A stretch of 64,000 nucleotides of DNA from an uncultured Nitrospirota bacterium (lineage in GTDB: Bacteria > Nitrospirota > Thermodesulfovibrionia > Thermodesulfovibrionales > UBA6898). The notes under the pieces are model-generated. The model searched no databases. It was not told where the DNA came from and saw only the letters and a list, made by a program, of their open reading frames with translations. The DNA lies in the NCBI GenBank assembly GCA_947085015.1, contig CAMTUV010000005.1:63-64062 (forward strand). The letters are read 5' to 3'. Position numbers and translations under genes: made by a program. Below, piece after piece: positions 27,396 to 36,794 of the stretch (positions are counted from its first letter, which is position 1; each line of letters begins with the position of its first letter).

Positions 27396-30300
27396 TTAAG
27401 TTGCCCACTCCCCGCTTAACAGTTCTGCCTGCTCCAATACCGTTTGAGTTGCCTTCTCCTGCTTGTCCGGAGGATAGCCGTATTTACGCAGGATGCGCTT
27501 CACGATTACACGCAGCTGGGCGCGGACATTTTCACGTAACGTCCAATCGATGGTAACGTTCTTCTTTACGGTTTCAACTAACTCACGGGCAATCTTGACC
27601 AGCGTCGGTTCGCCAAGCACTTTTACCGCGCTGTCATTAACTTCCAGTGCGTCGTAGAAGGCCAATTCGTCTTCTGACAGATCCAGTTTTTCGCCTCTCT
27701 CATTGGCAGCCCGCATATGTTTGGCAAGTGATATCAGTTCTTCAATAACCTGTGCCGTCTCAATCGCCCGGTTCTGATACTTGCGCACTGCCTGCTCCAG
27801 CATTTCCGCAAATGATCTGGCCTGAACTACATTGCGCCGCGACCTGGACTTAATCTCGCCAGTCAGGAGCTTGCGGAGCAGTTCAACTGCAAGGTTCCGC
27901 TGCGGCATGTCTCGCACCTCTGCAAGAAACTCATCTGAGAGAATCGATATGTCTGGCTTCTTAAGTCCTGCTGCTGCAAAGATGTCTATTACCTCTCCGG
28001 AGATAACAGCCTTAGAGATGATCTGCCGGATGGCATGTTCAAGTTCTTCGTCAGTCTTGCGATCCCCTGGTATGCTCTTGGCTAACACTGCGCGAACCGC
28101 CTGGAAAAATCCAACATCGTCGCGAATACGTAGCGCTTCCTCGTGCGGCACAGCAAGAGCAAAGGCCTGCGAAAGGTCAGTTACCGCGCGCAACAGTCTT
28201 GCCTTGCCGTCATTCTGGCTGAGGATATGTTCCTGTGCAGCAGGCAGCAGCGAGAGGCGGTCCTGCGGACTGCCAGCAGTCCAGTCTGCCCAATCAAAAC
28301 CATGGAAGAGACCTCGGCAGATTTCGTACTTCTCAAGCATGACGGCCACGGCTTCGACCTGATCTATTGCAGTCTTGCCCGTGCCGCCGCTCTCCGTGTA
28401 TGTGGCCAGCGCTGCTTTCAGTTCATCCGCAAGCCCGAGGTAGTCCACAACCAGACCGCCCGGCTTGTCCTTAAACACACGGTTGACTCTGGCAATGGCC
28501 TGCATCAGGCCATGGCCGCGCATCGGCTTGTCCAGATACATAGTATGAAGTGATGGCGCATCAAAACCGGTAAGCCACATATCCCGCACGATGACGATCT
28601 TGAAGGCGTCTTTGGGGTCGCGGAAGCGCTGCGCGAGTGACTCTCGGCGGGGCTTGTTCCGGATGTGGCGCTGCCACTCCATGGGATCAGATGCCGAACC
28701 TGTCATCACCACTTTGAGCGCCCCCTGTTCATCTTCATCACTGTTCCACTCAGGCCGCAGTGCGGCAATCTCCCGGTAGAGTTCAACACAGATACGGCGA
28801 CTCATGCAGACCACCATGGCCTTACCATCCATCGTTGCGAGGCGGTTCTCGAAGTGGTCCACAAAGTCGCGTGCTATGAGCTTGATTCGGTTCTCAGACC
28901 CGACCACTGCTTCGAGTTGTGCCCAACGGCTCTTGAGCTTCTCCTTGCGTTCGACCTCTTCTCCCTCGGTTGCCTCTTCAAACTCAGGATCGATCTTCGG
29001 GCGCTCCGATTCCTTTAGCTCTAATTTGGCGAGCCTGCTCTCGTAATAGATAGGAACCGTTGCCCCATCTATGACTGCCCGCTGTATGTCATACACGCTG
29101 ATATAGTCGCCGAACACAGCGCGAGTATTGGCGTCTGTCTTTTCGATAGGCGTTCCGGTAAAGCCGATAAACGAAGCATTCGGCAATGCATCGCGCATGT
29201 GGCGGGCAAAGCCGTCGATAAAATCATACTGGCTGCGGTGCGCCTCATCAGCAATAACCACAATATTGCGCCGGTCCGAAAGCACAGGATAGCGGTCTCC
29301 CTTTTCTTCAGGGAAGAATTTCTGGATCGTGGTGAAAACTACACCACCGGAAGCGACCTTTAGCTTCTCCCTCAAATCGTTACGATCCGTAGCCTGGACC
29401 GGCGGCTGGCGCAAGAGATCGCGGCAGCGGGCAAAGGTGCCGAAGAGCTGGTCGTCGAGGTCGTTGCGGTCAGTGAGAAGCACAATCGTGGGATTCTTCA
29501 TTGCCGGATGCAGAATCACGCGGCCGGCATAGAAAGCCATTGTCAGGCTCTTGCCAGAGCCCTGCGTATGCCAGACAACGCCGACTCGCCTATCTCCGGG
29601 ATCGCCGCCGGGCTTCTGGCCTGATTCATAACGGCCCAACAGCTCGCCACTCTGATCGTCAGCTACAAATTGGGCTGCGCGCAGCGTTTCTTCAACCGCC
29701 ACATTGACCGCGTGGTATTGGTGATAGCCAGCCATCTTCTTGGTGAGCTTCCCGCCTCCGGCATCTTCGAACACGATAAAGTGGCGCACAAGATCAAGAA
29801 ACCTCCGCCTCTCGAACACGCCTTCAAGCACAACCTGCAACTCGGCTAACTTCACCGCAGCATCTTCGCGGCCTGTGATCGTGCGCCAGGGCTTGAACCA
29901 TTCCTTGCCTGCGCCAAGAGAACCAATTCTTGCTTGAACACCGTCGGATATAATCAACGCCGCGTTCGTTGCAAAGAGCGATGGGATCTGTGCCTGATAG
30001 GTCTGAAGTTGCTGGAATGCGCTCCAGACAGTGGCATTCTCATCAGCCGGGTTTTTCAGTTCGATAACAGCAAGCGGCAGACCATTCACAAAGAGCAGAA
30101 CATCAGGCCGCCGTGTGTGCTGTGTCTCAGAAACAGTAAACTGGTTGACGGCAAGCCAATCGTTATTGTCCGGCTTTTCATAGTCAAGAACCCGCGCCTG
30201 CGCGCCGCCAATAGACCCATCAGGTCGGCGATACTCCACGGTGATGCCGTCCACGAGCATGCGATGCACAATGCGGTTGCGTTCCACGAGAGACGGTGCA

Positions 30301-30536
30301 TCAACCCTTGTCAGCTTGCGGAAGGCATCTTCAAGCGCTTCCGCTGGCAAATCGGGATTGAGAATTACAAGGGCCTGATGCAGACGGTTTTCGAGGATTA
30401 CATCACGGTAATTCGGATCGCTGCGCTCAGCGCCAAGCATGCCCACTGCGATGTCGGGGCCGTGCAGCACAGCATAGCCGAGAGATTCCAGCCAGGCAAG
30501 GGTGGCGTCTTCGACTACTGATTCGGTAAAAGTCAT
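27396..30536 (-). CDS. hsdR: type I restriction endonuclease subunit R
   Basis: I trimmed the start to the ATG at 30536 ([21 protein letters not shown], typical HsdR N-terminus). SF2 helicase motifs are [18 protein letters not shown] and QAIARVNR. Confidence 0.9.
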   Translation of the reverse strand: MTFTESVVEDATLAWLESLGYAVLHGPDIAVGMLGAERSDPNYRDVILENRLHQALVILNPDLPAEALEDAFRKLTRVDAPSLVERNRIVHRMLVDGITVEYRRPDGSIGGAQARVLDYEKPDNNDWLAVNQFTVSETQHTRRPDVLLFVNGLPLAVIELKNPADENATVWSAFQQLQTYQAQIPSLFATNAALIISDGVQARIGSLGAGKEWFKPWRTITGREDAAVKLAELQVVLEGVFERRRFLDLVRHFIVFEDAGGGKLTKKMAGYHQYHAVNVAVEETLRAAQFVADDQSGELLGRYESGQKPGGDPGDRRVGVVWHTQGSGKSLTMAFYAGRVILHPAMKNPTIVLLTDRNDLDDQLFGTFARCRDLLRQPPVQATDRNDLREKLKVASGGVVFTTIQKFFPEEKGDRYPVLSDRRNIVVIADEAHRSQYDFIDGFARHMRDALPNASFIGFTGTPIEKTDANTRAVFGDYISVYDIQRAVIDGATVPIYYESRLAKLELKESERPKIDPEFEEATEGEEVERKEKLKSRWAQLEAVVGSENRIKLIARDFVDHFENRLATMDGKAMVVCMSRRICVELYREIAALRPEWNSDEDEQGALKVVMTGSASDPMEWQRHIRNKPRRESLAQRFRDPKDAFKIVIVRDMWLTGFDAPSLHTMYLDKPMRGHGLMQAIARVNRVFKDKPGGLVVDYLGLADELKAALATYTESGGTGKTAIDQVEAVAVMLEKYEICRGLFHGFDWADWTAGSPQDRLSLLPAAQEHILSQNDGKARLLRAVTDLSQAFALAVPHEEALRIRDDVGFFQAVRAVLAKSIPGDRKTDEELEHAIRQIISKAVISGEVIDIFAAAGLKKPDISILSDEFLAEVRDMPQRNLAVELLRKLLTGEIKSRSRRNVVQARSFAEMLEQAVRKYQNRAIETAQVIEELISLAKHMRAANERGEKLDLSEDELAFYDALEVNDSAVKVLGEPTLVKIARELVETVKKNVTIDWTLRENVRAQLRVIVKRILRKYGYPPDKQEKATQTVLEQAELLSGEWAT

Positions 30537-30543
30537 CGACCTG

Positions 30544-31095
30544 CTATGAAAGCAGCCCCCACTGCTTGTAGGCCTCACGCGAGTAGTAGTTCAATGCAGT
30601 GTTTGGCTGTTTTGTGTGGCTAAATTGACTTATCGCATCCAAGAGCGGTGCCTTCTTGAAAGGAATATGAATAACCTTCGCTGTCTTGTTATTGATTCGG
30701 TCAGCCAGTGCTTTCGGCCATAGCGGAGAGAACTTGGCCGGTTCTAAAATCGGCCCATAGTCGGGATAAACCGCAATTATCGGAATCTCGTAGGTGTCGA
30801 CTGCTGCACATATCTCGAATGGTACCCAATCCGTGTCAAATCGGGTTGTTTCCCCGATTATCAACACCATGTTCTTCGAATTTCTGAGTCGTTCTAAAAG
30901 CGATGCCCTTAATGTAGCCTTCTTGCTTGAATCGCGAACCGACGACGCTTTGTCGTGGCTGTTGATCATGGTGAAGTCATCATCAGTCTTAGCAGACCAG
31001 GCCTTCATTAGGTTGTAATAATCCATGTCTGACTTGCCAGGCAGGTTCGTGCCCTGCGCGTGAAATGCCACATAGGTGCCGTTGCGGTATGCCAT
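30544..31095 (-). CDS. TIR-like domain protein (DUF1863/ThsB-type)
   Basis: 183 aa. TYVAFHA...MKAW....[34 protein letters not shown] follows the pattern I recall for DUF1863 TIR-like proteins (FxSFHY..vvLIGs.T..r.WV.yEI). Glu94 (30814-30816) sits at the putative catalytic position. Confidence 0.55.
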   Translation of the reverse strand: MAYRNGTYVAFHAQGTNLPGKSDMDYYNLMKAWSAKTDDDFTMINSHDKASSVRDSSKKATLRASLLERLRNSKNMVLIIGETTRFDTDWVPFEICAAVDTYEIPIIAVYPDYGPILEPAKFSPLWPKALADRINNKTAKVIHIPFKKAPLLDAISQFSHTKQPNTALNYYSREAYKQWGLLS

Positions 31096-31097
31096 GG

Positions 31098-31931
31098 TTA
31101 CACCTCCCAGTGTTGCTTGACGTCTCTCAAATCAAGCTCCTCAAACCGATCGCGTGACAAGACAATCCTAATTCTTTGTGTCACCGGCTTCGCCTTCGTT
31201 TCAGTGATAGCAGAGAGAATGATCAGATTGAGAAGGTCGCGAGTGGGCAAGCCGAGTCCCGAAAGACCACTACCGACGAGCGGAACATTTAGCGGATCAC
31301 CGCCCGATTCTATCCGAGCGCGCTGCCATAACTGATGCAGGGCAACCCACATCATTGTTACATCTGAATACGCTTTGCTCGTAGCTGGATCCGTTTTCGC
31401 AAAAGCGAACGCGATATACCTGTCCTTTTCTGCAGTAATCAATGCGCTGGTTCCAATCGCATAACTCGTTGACTTGCCTTCTGGTCTTTCGATCTGATTT
31501 CCTTCAACGCCCTTGAGTTGTTCATTAACCTGTTTATCAAAAGGCTCCGGGTGTCCGCCGAAGCACTTGTTGAGAAATATGCCATGCAAACTCTTATCGG
31601 ATACAGGCTTCCCGAGTTGACTGTCGAAAAACTCATTAACCGCAATGGCGCGCATACCCTCTTGCTGAAACAAATCACCGAAGAGCACTTGAATGGTGGT
31701 GTTCGAATTGGATACTTTTATATCAACGGCAGACGGTTTCCATATTTGTTTGAGCGCATAGCCAAGGCTTATCAGTATGATGGCGCCAAGTGCAATAAGT
31801 CCCTTGATCTGAATTCCGGGAACGAAGTAAGTCAGGCCCTCGGTAAGCGTCCAAAGGACGCTGAAGGATACGAATGCGTGGCGGATTGTCTTCCACGGGT
31901 GATTTCTGATTCCATTCCATAGATCATTCAT
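31098..31931 (-). CDS. membrane-anchored Macro-like domain protein (type II Thoeris ThsA-like)
   Basis: 277 aa with two N-terminal hydrophobic helices (AFVSFSVLWTLTEGLTYFV, GLIALGAIILISLGYAL). Next come GDLFQQEGMRAIAVNEFFD and NVPLVGSGLSGLGLP, which mirror the macro-domain GDI..IVNaaN and P.i.tG..G motifs. Confidence 0.5.
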   Translation of the reverse strand: MNDLWNGIRNHPWKTIRHAFVSFSVLWTLTEGLTYFVPGIQIKGLIALGAIILISLGYALKQIWKPSAVDIKVSNSNTTIQVLFGDLFQQEGMRAIAVNEFFDSQLGKPVSDKSLHGIFLNKCFGGHPEPFDKQVNEQLKGVEGNQIERPEGKSTSYAIGTSALITAEKDRYIAFAFAKTDPATSKAYSDVTMMWVALHQLWQRARIESGGDPLNVPLVGSGLSGLGLPTRDLLNLIILSAITETKAKPVTQRIRIVLSRDRFEELDLRDVKQHWEV

Positions 31932-32884
31932 GGCTTTTCCTCGATTAGTTTGAATAGTTGCTCGCCTGTAGACTTGAGAGTTGAGATCAGTGCGTATACC
32001 TCTTCGACCTGAATCTGAACCTTGCGGCCCACGACGGCAGTACTATCGCCGGTGATCTTCAAGTAGTTTTCGTCGATTATCCCCATCTTATGAGCAAGTA
32101 TGTGACGTTTTTGGAAACAGCGCAGCACTATATCCCACCTTTTTGCATCAAGGTTCGCCGCAAAATCCACACCAAACAGCTCGTTTACCCGTTCACGCGC
32201 AGTAGTAATATTTTGAAACCGGATTTCGGCTGCCCTCTCAGGCGCAACAGCTCGCGAGCAAAAGACTCGACACGTCTCACGCCCGAAGCCGTCAAACGCT
32301 GACACACAATCCTCCAGACTATTCTCAATGAGACTCTGCGCTATCGCCTGTTCCTGCGTCTCGGCAATGGTAATCATCTTCTCCACAAGCTGCAAGTTCG
32401 CCTTCAGAATTTGCAATGAGTTGTGTGCACCGCAGTCAGGGCAGAAGCCGAACACACCGTAGATCATATAGCGAAGCGTGCATTGATCACATACTACTTC
32501 CGTCTCAAGTTGCTTCTCCCGGTAGTAATAAATCGGCGTTGGCTGGCCAGATACTTTCATGCTGATACCGATACCGAAAGCGCCACGCGGGCGGTGGTCA
32601 AACTCCAGCGATTTCAAGTCCTTCAATAATGCGCCAGTGACTTGGTTCAGCACTATAGACTGGGCGTATTCTATCTGCGCCTTCGTAAAGAACTTGTCCT
32701 GATTCGCCTCATGACCACAGTAGGGACAGTGGCAAGGCAGGTTTTCACCTTTCAGGCCAGTGCCGAGTTGAATCTTGAAGTAGCTTTCGCACTCGGGGAC
32801 GGGGCACTCCCGGCCAACAAGTCCATCTTCATCAGGTGGAATTGTGATGCTGATTTGGGATGCCAGATTTTCAAGATGCCTCAT
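31928..32884 (-). CDS. double zinc-ribbon protein with C-terminal helical domain carrying an Rx4H motif, function unknown
   Basis: 318 aa. CPVPEC..x19..CHCPYC and CDQC..x13..CPDC. KRHILAHK (R260-H265, 32090-32107). Both ends overlap neighbouring genes by 4 nt (ATGA). Confidence 0.6.
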   Translation of the reverse strand: MRHLENLASQISITIPPDEDGLVGRECPVPECESYFKIQLGTGLKGENLPCHCPYCGHEANQDKFFTKAQIEYAQSIVLNQVTGALLKDLKSLEFDHRPRGAFGIGISMKVSGQPTPIYYYREKQLETEVVCDQCTLRYMIYGVFGFCPDCGAHNSLQILKANLQLVEKMITIAETQEQAIAQSLIENSLEDCVSAFDGFGRETCRVFCSRAVAPERAAEIRFQNITTARERVNELFGVDFAANLDAKRWDIVLRCFQKRHILAHKMGIIDENYLKITGDSTAVVGRKVQIQVEEVYALISTLKSTGEQLFKLIEEKP

Positions 32885-34173
32885 GCTTGGGCCTCAATTT
32901 TCATCATCCTCTTAGGTATACGCAGTTCACCGGAGATGAGCTTGAACAGTAGCGTATCACGAATGGAGGCAAGGGACCTGGATTCTTCATGTGCTGCATG
33001 TGTCTTTGCGAATATAGGTTGCACCAGCTTACCGAAAAGCTTCGCAACCTTTTCGGATGGCGTGGTCATTTTGAAGTGTGAAAGTGACTCTGCGGGAACT
33101 CGTTGCCGACCACTTGAACCCGTCATACTTTGAATCGCGAAATCTCGGAACTCCTCACTGCGCGCCAAGCAATAGGCGAACTCTGCAGGAAGTGGCGGCT
33201 TAGGACGCAGGACGATATATTCAGTCGATCCCCAGCCAACTTGATCATTTTTGAGAAAGTCAACGTATGCAGTTTTGCCGTTTTCAAGACAGGGTGTAAT
33301 TCGAGCGACTAAGGTATCTCCATTGATGAACCGCATTCCTGAACCAAAGGCGCGCTCTATTACCATGTCAGGTGAGTGCCCCTGCGTCGGCATATTTGAC
33401 ATGTCGAGATATGGCGCAAGCGAGCCTTTGCACAACTGCCGCGTAGGATTAACCTCTATCGCCTCGGGCAGAGGTGTGAGGCTCCACCCTTTCGGAATCT
33501 CCCCCAGCTCGGAGTCCTCGAAGGAATCGGGGAAAAGATCGGCGATATGTTTCGGCAGGCCAGTGTCACGGCCTTCGGCCTTGGCACGGACGGGGTCGAA
33601 GTCCACGAACCACGATTTGAAAAGCGCCCGCGCCATCGCCTCCAGCGTCTCGTTCATCCGCCGGTTCAGTTCTATCTTGTCGTCCAGCGTGCCGAGGATG
33701 TGGGCAATAGTGCGTTGTTCTGGCAGAGTTGGAAGCGTGAGGGTTATCTTGCGAAGTTCGCTTTGTTTGATCCCCAGCACTGTAGTTCCGGTAGCTCGCG
33801 CGAGAAGCTGATCTTGAACATCCGCAGACATCATTAAGAACTTTAGAAACGTGTTGTCGAGAATATCAGGTTTGCCACGGAGTGTAATCAGCCTTTGTGC
33901 TAATGCAATCCGTTCTGTCCCAAGTTGCGCAATTTCGCCTAACGGTGCTTCGGTGGTCATAACCACATCGCCAGCAATAGGCATCCCCCGCCTCATCCAA
34001 GAACCATAATCATCGGGTGCTATAAATTCATCTGGAGTTTCAATTCTGCCTCTCTTAACGACTTTTGCAGTAACCAGTGGAATTCCCCATGATGTCTTTT
34101 GCGGTGTTTTCCCACGGTAGTCAATTATTGCCGCCATTGAATCTTCCAATGTCCGAGTTGACCATTCACCCAT
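32881..34173 (-). CDS. hsdS: type I restriction-modification specificity subunit
   Basis: 430 aa with two target-recognition halves separated by conserved helical spacers (LPTLPEQRTIAHILGTLDDKIELNRRMNETLE and a C-terminal ..LFKLISGELR). Confidence 0.85.
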   Translation of the reverse strand: MGEWSTRTLEDSMAAIIDYRGKTPQKTSWGIPLVTAKVVKRGRIETPDEFIAPDDYGSWMRRGMPIAGDVVMTTEAPLGEIAQLGTERIALAQRLITLRGKPDILDNTFLKFLMMSADVQDQLLARATGTTVLGIKQSELRKITLTLPTLPEQRTIAHILGTLDDKIELNRRMNETLEAMARALFKSWFVDFDPVRAKAEGRDTGLPKHIADLFPDSFEDSELGEIPKGWSLTPLPEAIEVNPTRQLCKGSLAPYLDMSNMPTQGHSPDMVIERAFGSGMRFINGDTLVARITPCLENGKTAYVDFLKNDQVGWGSTEYIVLRPKPPLPAEFAYCLARSEEFRDFAIQSMTGSSGRQRVPAESLSHFKMTTPSEKVAKLFGKLVQPIFAKTHAAHEESRSLASIRDTLLFKLISGELRIPKRMMKIEAQA

Positions 34174-34178
34174 TCCGG

Positions 34179-34409
34179 TTACTCCCTTTCATTCCGTCCA
34201 TAAACCAGCACCGCCTGTTCTGCCTGATCGGCCTTTTCCGGGGGCGCATCATCAAATCGGCCGATGTACCATGCAGGTTTTTCTTCAGGCATAATGGCGA
34301 TCTGCTTCACCATGGTGATGTCATCATAACCATTTTCATACCCCAATACGATTACACGGAGATCAGGAGGATAATTCTGCAATGCTGCTATCAGTTCTTT
34401 AACAGTCAT
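34179..34409 (-). CDS. small hypothetical protein (76 aa)
   Basis: The ATG at 34409 lies 5 nt after GGAGGG (MTVKELIAALQNYPPDLRVIV..). No family recognised. Confidence 0.45.
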   Translation of the reverse strand: MTVKELIAALQNYPPDLRVIVLGYENGYDDITMVKQIAIMPEEKPAWYIGRFDDAPPEKADQAEQAVLVYGRNERE

Positions 34410-34429
34410 ATGGTCCCTCCGCAAATCCT

Positions 34430-34870
34430 TTAACTCCCATAAATACGAAAATCCACAAACTCACGTATTCTTAGAAAATCCTTTTCATTTTTTGTAAGCA
34501 CAAACGCCCCAATTCTCCGGGCAGAGCAGGCGATAAGAATGTCATTTTGCAGACGGGAAAGATATGTTGAGTCATACCCGTATTTCTTTCCGCTCTTCGC
34601 GATGATGCCGCCCGTTTGACGCCAGTCATCGTCGTTGGGAACTATCAGTCGTCCGACATTGTGGAAGGTCTGATACAGCTTATCGAGAAGTTTAATGGAC
34701 TGGCTGTCATGCGCTCCGGCGTAAAGCTCAGAGACGACAACCGAACTCATGTATAGTAATGGCGCAGAGGTCTCACTAAAAACCGCCGGATGCGCTATGC
34801 CCTGATTTATGAAAGGGATATATATCGAGGTATCACAAATAACCTTAAACGGATAGTCTGCCAAAGACAT
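34430..34870 (-). CDS. vapC: PIN-domain toxin, VapC family
   Basis: 146 aa with acidic PIN residues in context (VICDTS.., ..SVVVSELY.., ..NDILIA..). Confidence 0.8.
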   Translation of the reverse strand: MSLADYPFKVICDTSIYIPFINQGIAHPAVFSETSAPLLYMSSVVVSELYAGAHDSQSIKLLDKLYQTFHNVGRLIVPNDDDWRQTGGIIAKSGKKYGYDSTYLSRLQNDILIACSARRIGAFVLTKNEKDFLRIREFVDFRIYGS

Positions 34871-35054
34871 CCTCTATTTTCCCCTTGCCCCTTACCGCGG
34901 CAAGCGTTTTCTGAATTTTCTCGTTGGCAATTACCATATCAAGGGCTTTATTGATCGCCTCAGTGTCGGTAACGGCATGGGTAATCCGCCTGACCATCTC
35001 AATTTTGCCGGGTTCAAGAAGAAACTGTTTTCTTACTTTTGCTGCTGTCTGCAT
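34845..35054 (-). CDS. VapB-type antitoxin (putative)
   Basis: 69 aa. It overlaps the vapC start by 26 nt. Small helical protein in the canonical antitoxin position. Confidence 0.55.
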   Translation of the reverse strand: MQTAAKVRKQFLLEPGKIEMVRRITHAVTDTEAINKALDMVIANEKIQKTLAAVRGKGKIEDVFGRLSV

Positions 35055-35110
35055 AGTTCATCACCTCCATGATGTGTATATTATACAATAACATACACAT
35101 AAATCATCGG

Positions 35111-36700
35111 TTATCGGTAAAAGCCAAGCTCCTTCAGGTTGCCAGCGATAGCTGCGTCCAGTTTCGCGGCTTCCATTTGTTGCTCGCGCAACGTTGCGGC
35201 GAGCCGCTTCATCTTCTCTTCGAAAGGTTCTCCATCATCCTCTACAGCTTCCGCGCCCACATACCTGCCAGGCGTGAGAACATGGCCGTGTTTGCGTATA
35301 TCGTCAATTTTAGCGGCCTTGCAGAAGCCGGGGATGTCCTTATACCCCTCACCCCCGCCCTCTCCCTCAAGGGGCGAGGGAGAATTTCGATCGCCGCGCC
35401 AGGCGTGGTACGTGCCTGCGATTTTAGCGAGGTCCTCATCTGTCAATTCCCGGTGCACGCGATCCACCAACGAGCCCATTTTGCGGGCGTCGATGAAAAG
35501 CGTCTCGCCTCGCCGGTCACGGAAACGTCCGTTTTTCTTATTGCGGGCAATGAACCAGAGGCAAACCGGGATCTGCGTCGAATAGAAAAGTTGGCCCGGT
35601 AAGGCAACCATGCAGTCAACAAGGTCTGCTTCAATGATGGCCTTACGAATCTCACCCTCGCCCGACTGGTTGGACGACATCGAGCCGTTGGCAAGCACAA
35701 AGCCGGCTAACCCGGTAGGCGCTAAGTGATAGATGAAATGTTGCACCCAGGCGTAGTTGGCATTACTTGCAGGCGGCACGCCATAGACCCAGCGTTTGTC
35801 GTCCTTTAGCAACTCTCCACGCCAGTCACTATCATTAAACGGCGGATTGGCTAACACGTAATCCGCTTTGAGGTCGGGGTGTGCGTCATTATGGAAAGTA
35901 TCACCATGGCCGATCTGAGCATCAATACCCCGGATGGCAAGATTCATCTTGGCTAAGCGCCATGTCGTGTAGTTGGACTCCTGACCGTAGATGGAGATGT
36001 CGCCGAGCTTGCCGCTGTGAGCTTCGATGAATTTCTCGCTCGATACGAACATACCGCCTGAGCCGCAGCAGGGATCATAAACACGGCCTTTATAAGGCGC
36101 GAGCATCTCGACCAGCACGCGCACCACGCTGGAGGGCGTGTAGAACTGGCCACCACTCTTGCCCTCTGCGCTGGCAAAGCGCGAAAGGAAGTATTCATAC
36201 ACGCGCCCTAACGTGTCCTTTGCACGGTCAAGCGCACTGCCGAGCGCAATGTCACTTACCAGATTGATGATCTGACCTAAGCGCTGTTTGTCGAGCCCTG
36301 GCCTGGCAAAATCTTTGGGTAACACGCTTTTGAGAGAAGGATTATCACGCTCTATTGCCGTCATCGCATCATCTATTAGTTTACCGATGGTCGGCTGCGG
36401 CGCACTCCCTTTGAGATGTGCCCAGCGCGCCTCCTTCGGAACCCAGAAAATGCTCGCTGCGCGATACTCATCAGGGTCTTCGGGGTCAGCTCCCTGGGAT
36501 TTCTGCGACTCAAGCTCTGCATGCTTAGCTTCGAAAGCATCGGAGATATACTTGAGGAAGATCAGACCGAGGACAACGTGCTTATACTCTGCAGCATCCA
36601 TGTTGTTGCGGAGTGCGTCAGCAGAGGCCCAGAGCTTAGCCTCGAACCCGACATTGGCCCCAGTATCGTTATTCACATTCTTTTTCTGCTGCCTTACCAT
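35111..36700 (-). CDS. hsdM: type I restriction-modification DNA methyltransferase subunit M
   Basis: 529 aa. HsdM N-terminal domain ([32 protein letters not shown]), SAM motif DPCCGSGGM and catalytic NPPF ([11 protein letters not shown]). Confidence 0.9.
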   Translation of the reverse strand: MVRQQKKNVNNDTGANVGFEAKLWASADALRNNMDAAEYKHVVLGLIFLKYISDAFEAKHAELESQKSQGADPEDPDEYRAASIFWVPKEARWAHLKGSAPQPTIGKLIDDAMTAIERDNPSLKSVLPKDFARPGLDKQRLGQIINLVSDIALGSALDRAKDTLGRVYEYFLSRFASAEGKSGGQFYTPSSVVRVLVEMLAPYKGRVYDPCCGSGGMFVSSEKFIEAHSGKLGDISIYGQESNYTTWRLAKMNLAIRGIDAQIGHGDTFHNDAHPDLKADYVLANPPFNDSDWRGELLKDDKRWVYGVPPASNANYAWVQHFIYHLAPTGLAGFVLANGSMSSNQSGEGEIRKAIIEADLVDCMVALPGQLFYSTQIPVCLWFIARNKKNGRFRDRRGETLFIDARKMGSLVDRVHRELTDEDLAKIAGTYHAWRGDRNSPSPLEGEGGGEGYKDIPGFCKAAKIDDIRKHGHVLTPGRYVGAEAVEDDGEPFEEKMKRLAATLREQQMEAAKLDAAIAGNLKELGFYR

Positions 36701-36794
36701 ATAGTCTACCCCTCGATATATTTATGCCCTTACAAATCTATGGCCCTCATGTCCACAGTCCTTCACCTCATGCAATCTCAAATCAGTCCGTCCT

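Noticed and set aside
27185-27556. 123-aa plus-strand ORF
   Set aside because: It overlaps the 3' end of hsdR in antisense and the small minus-strand ORF. It is Pro/Ser-rich with no family resemblance.
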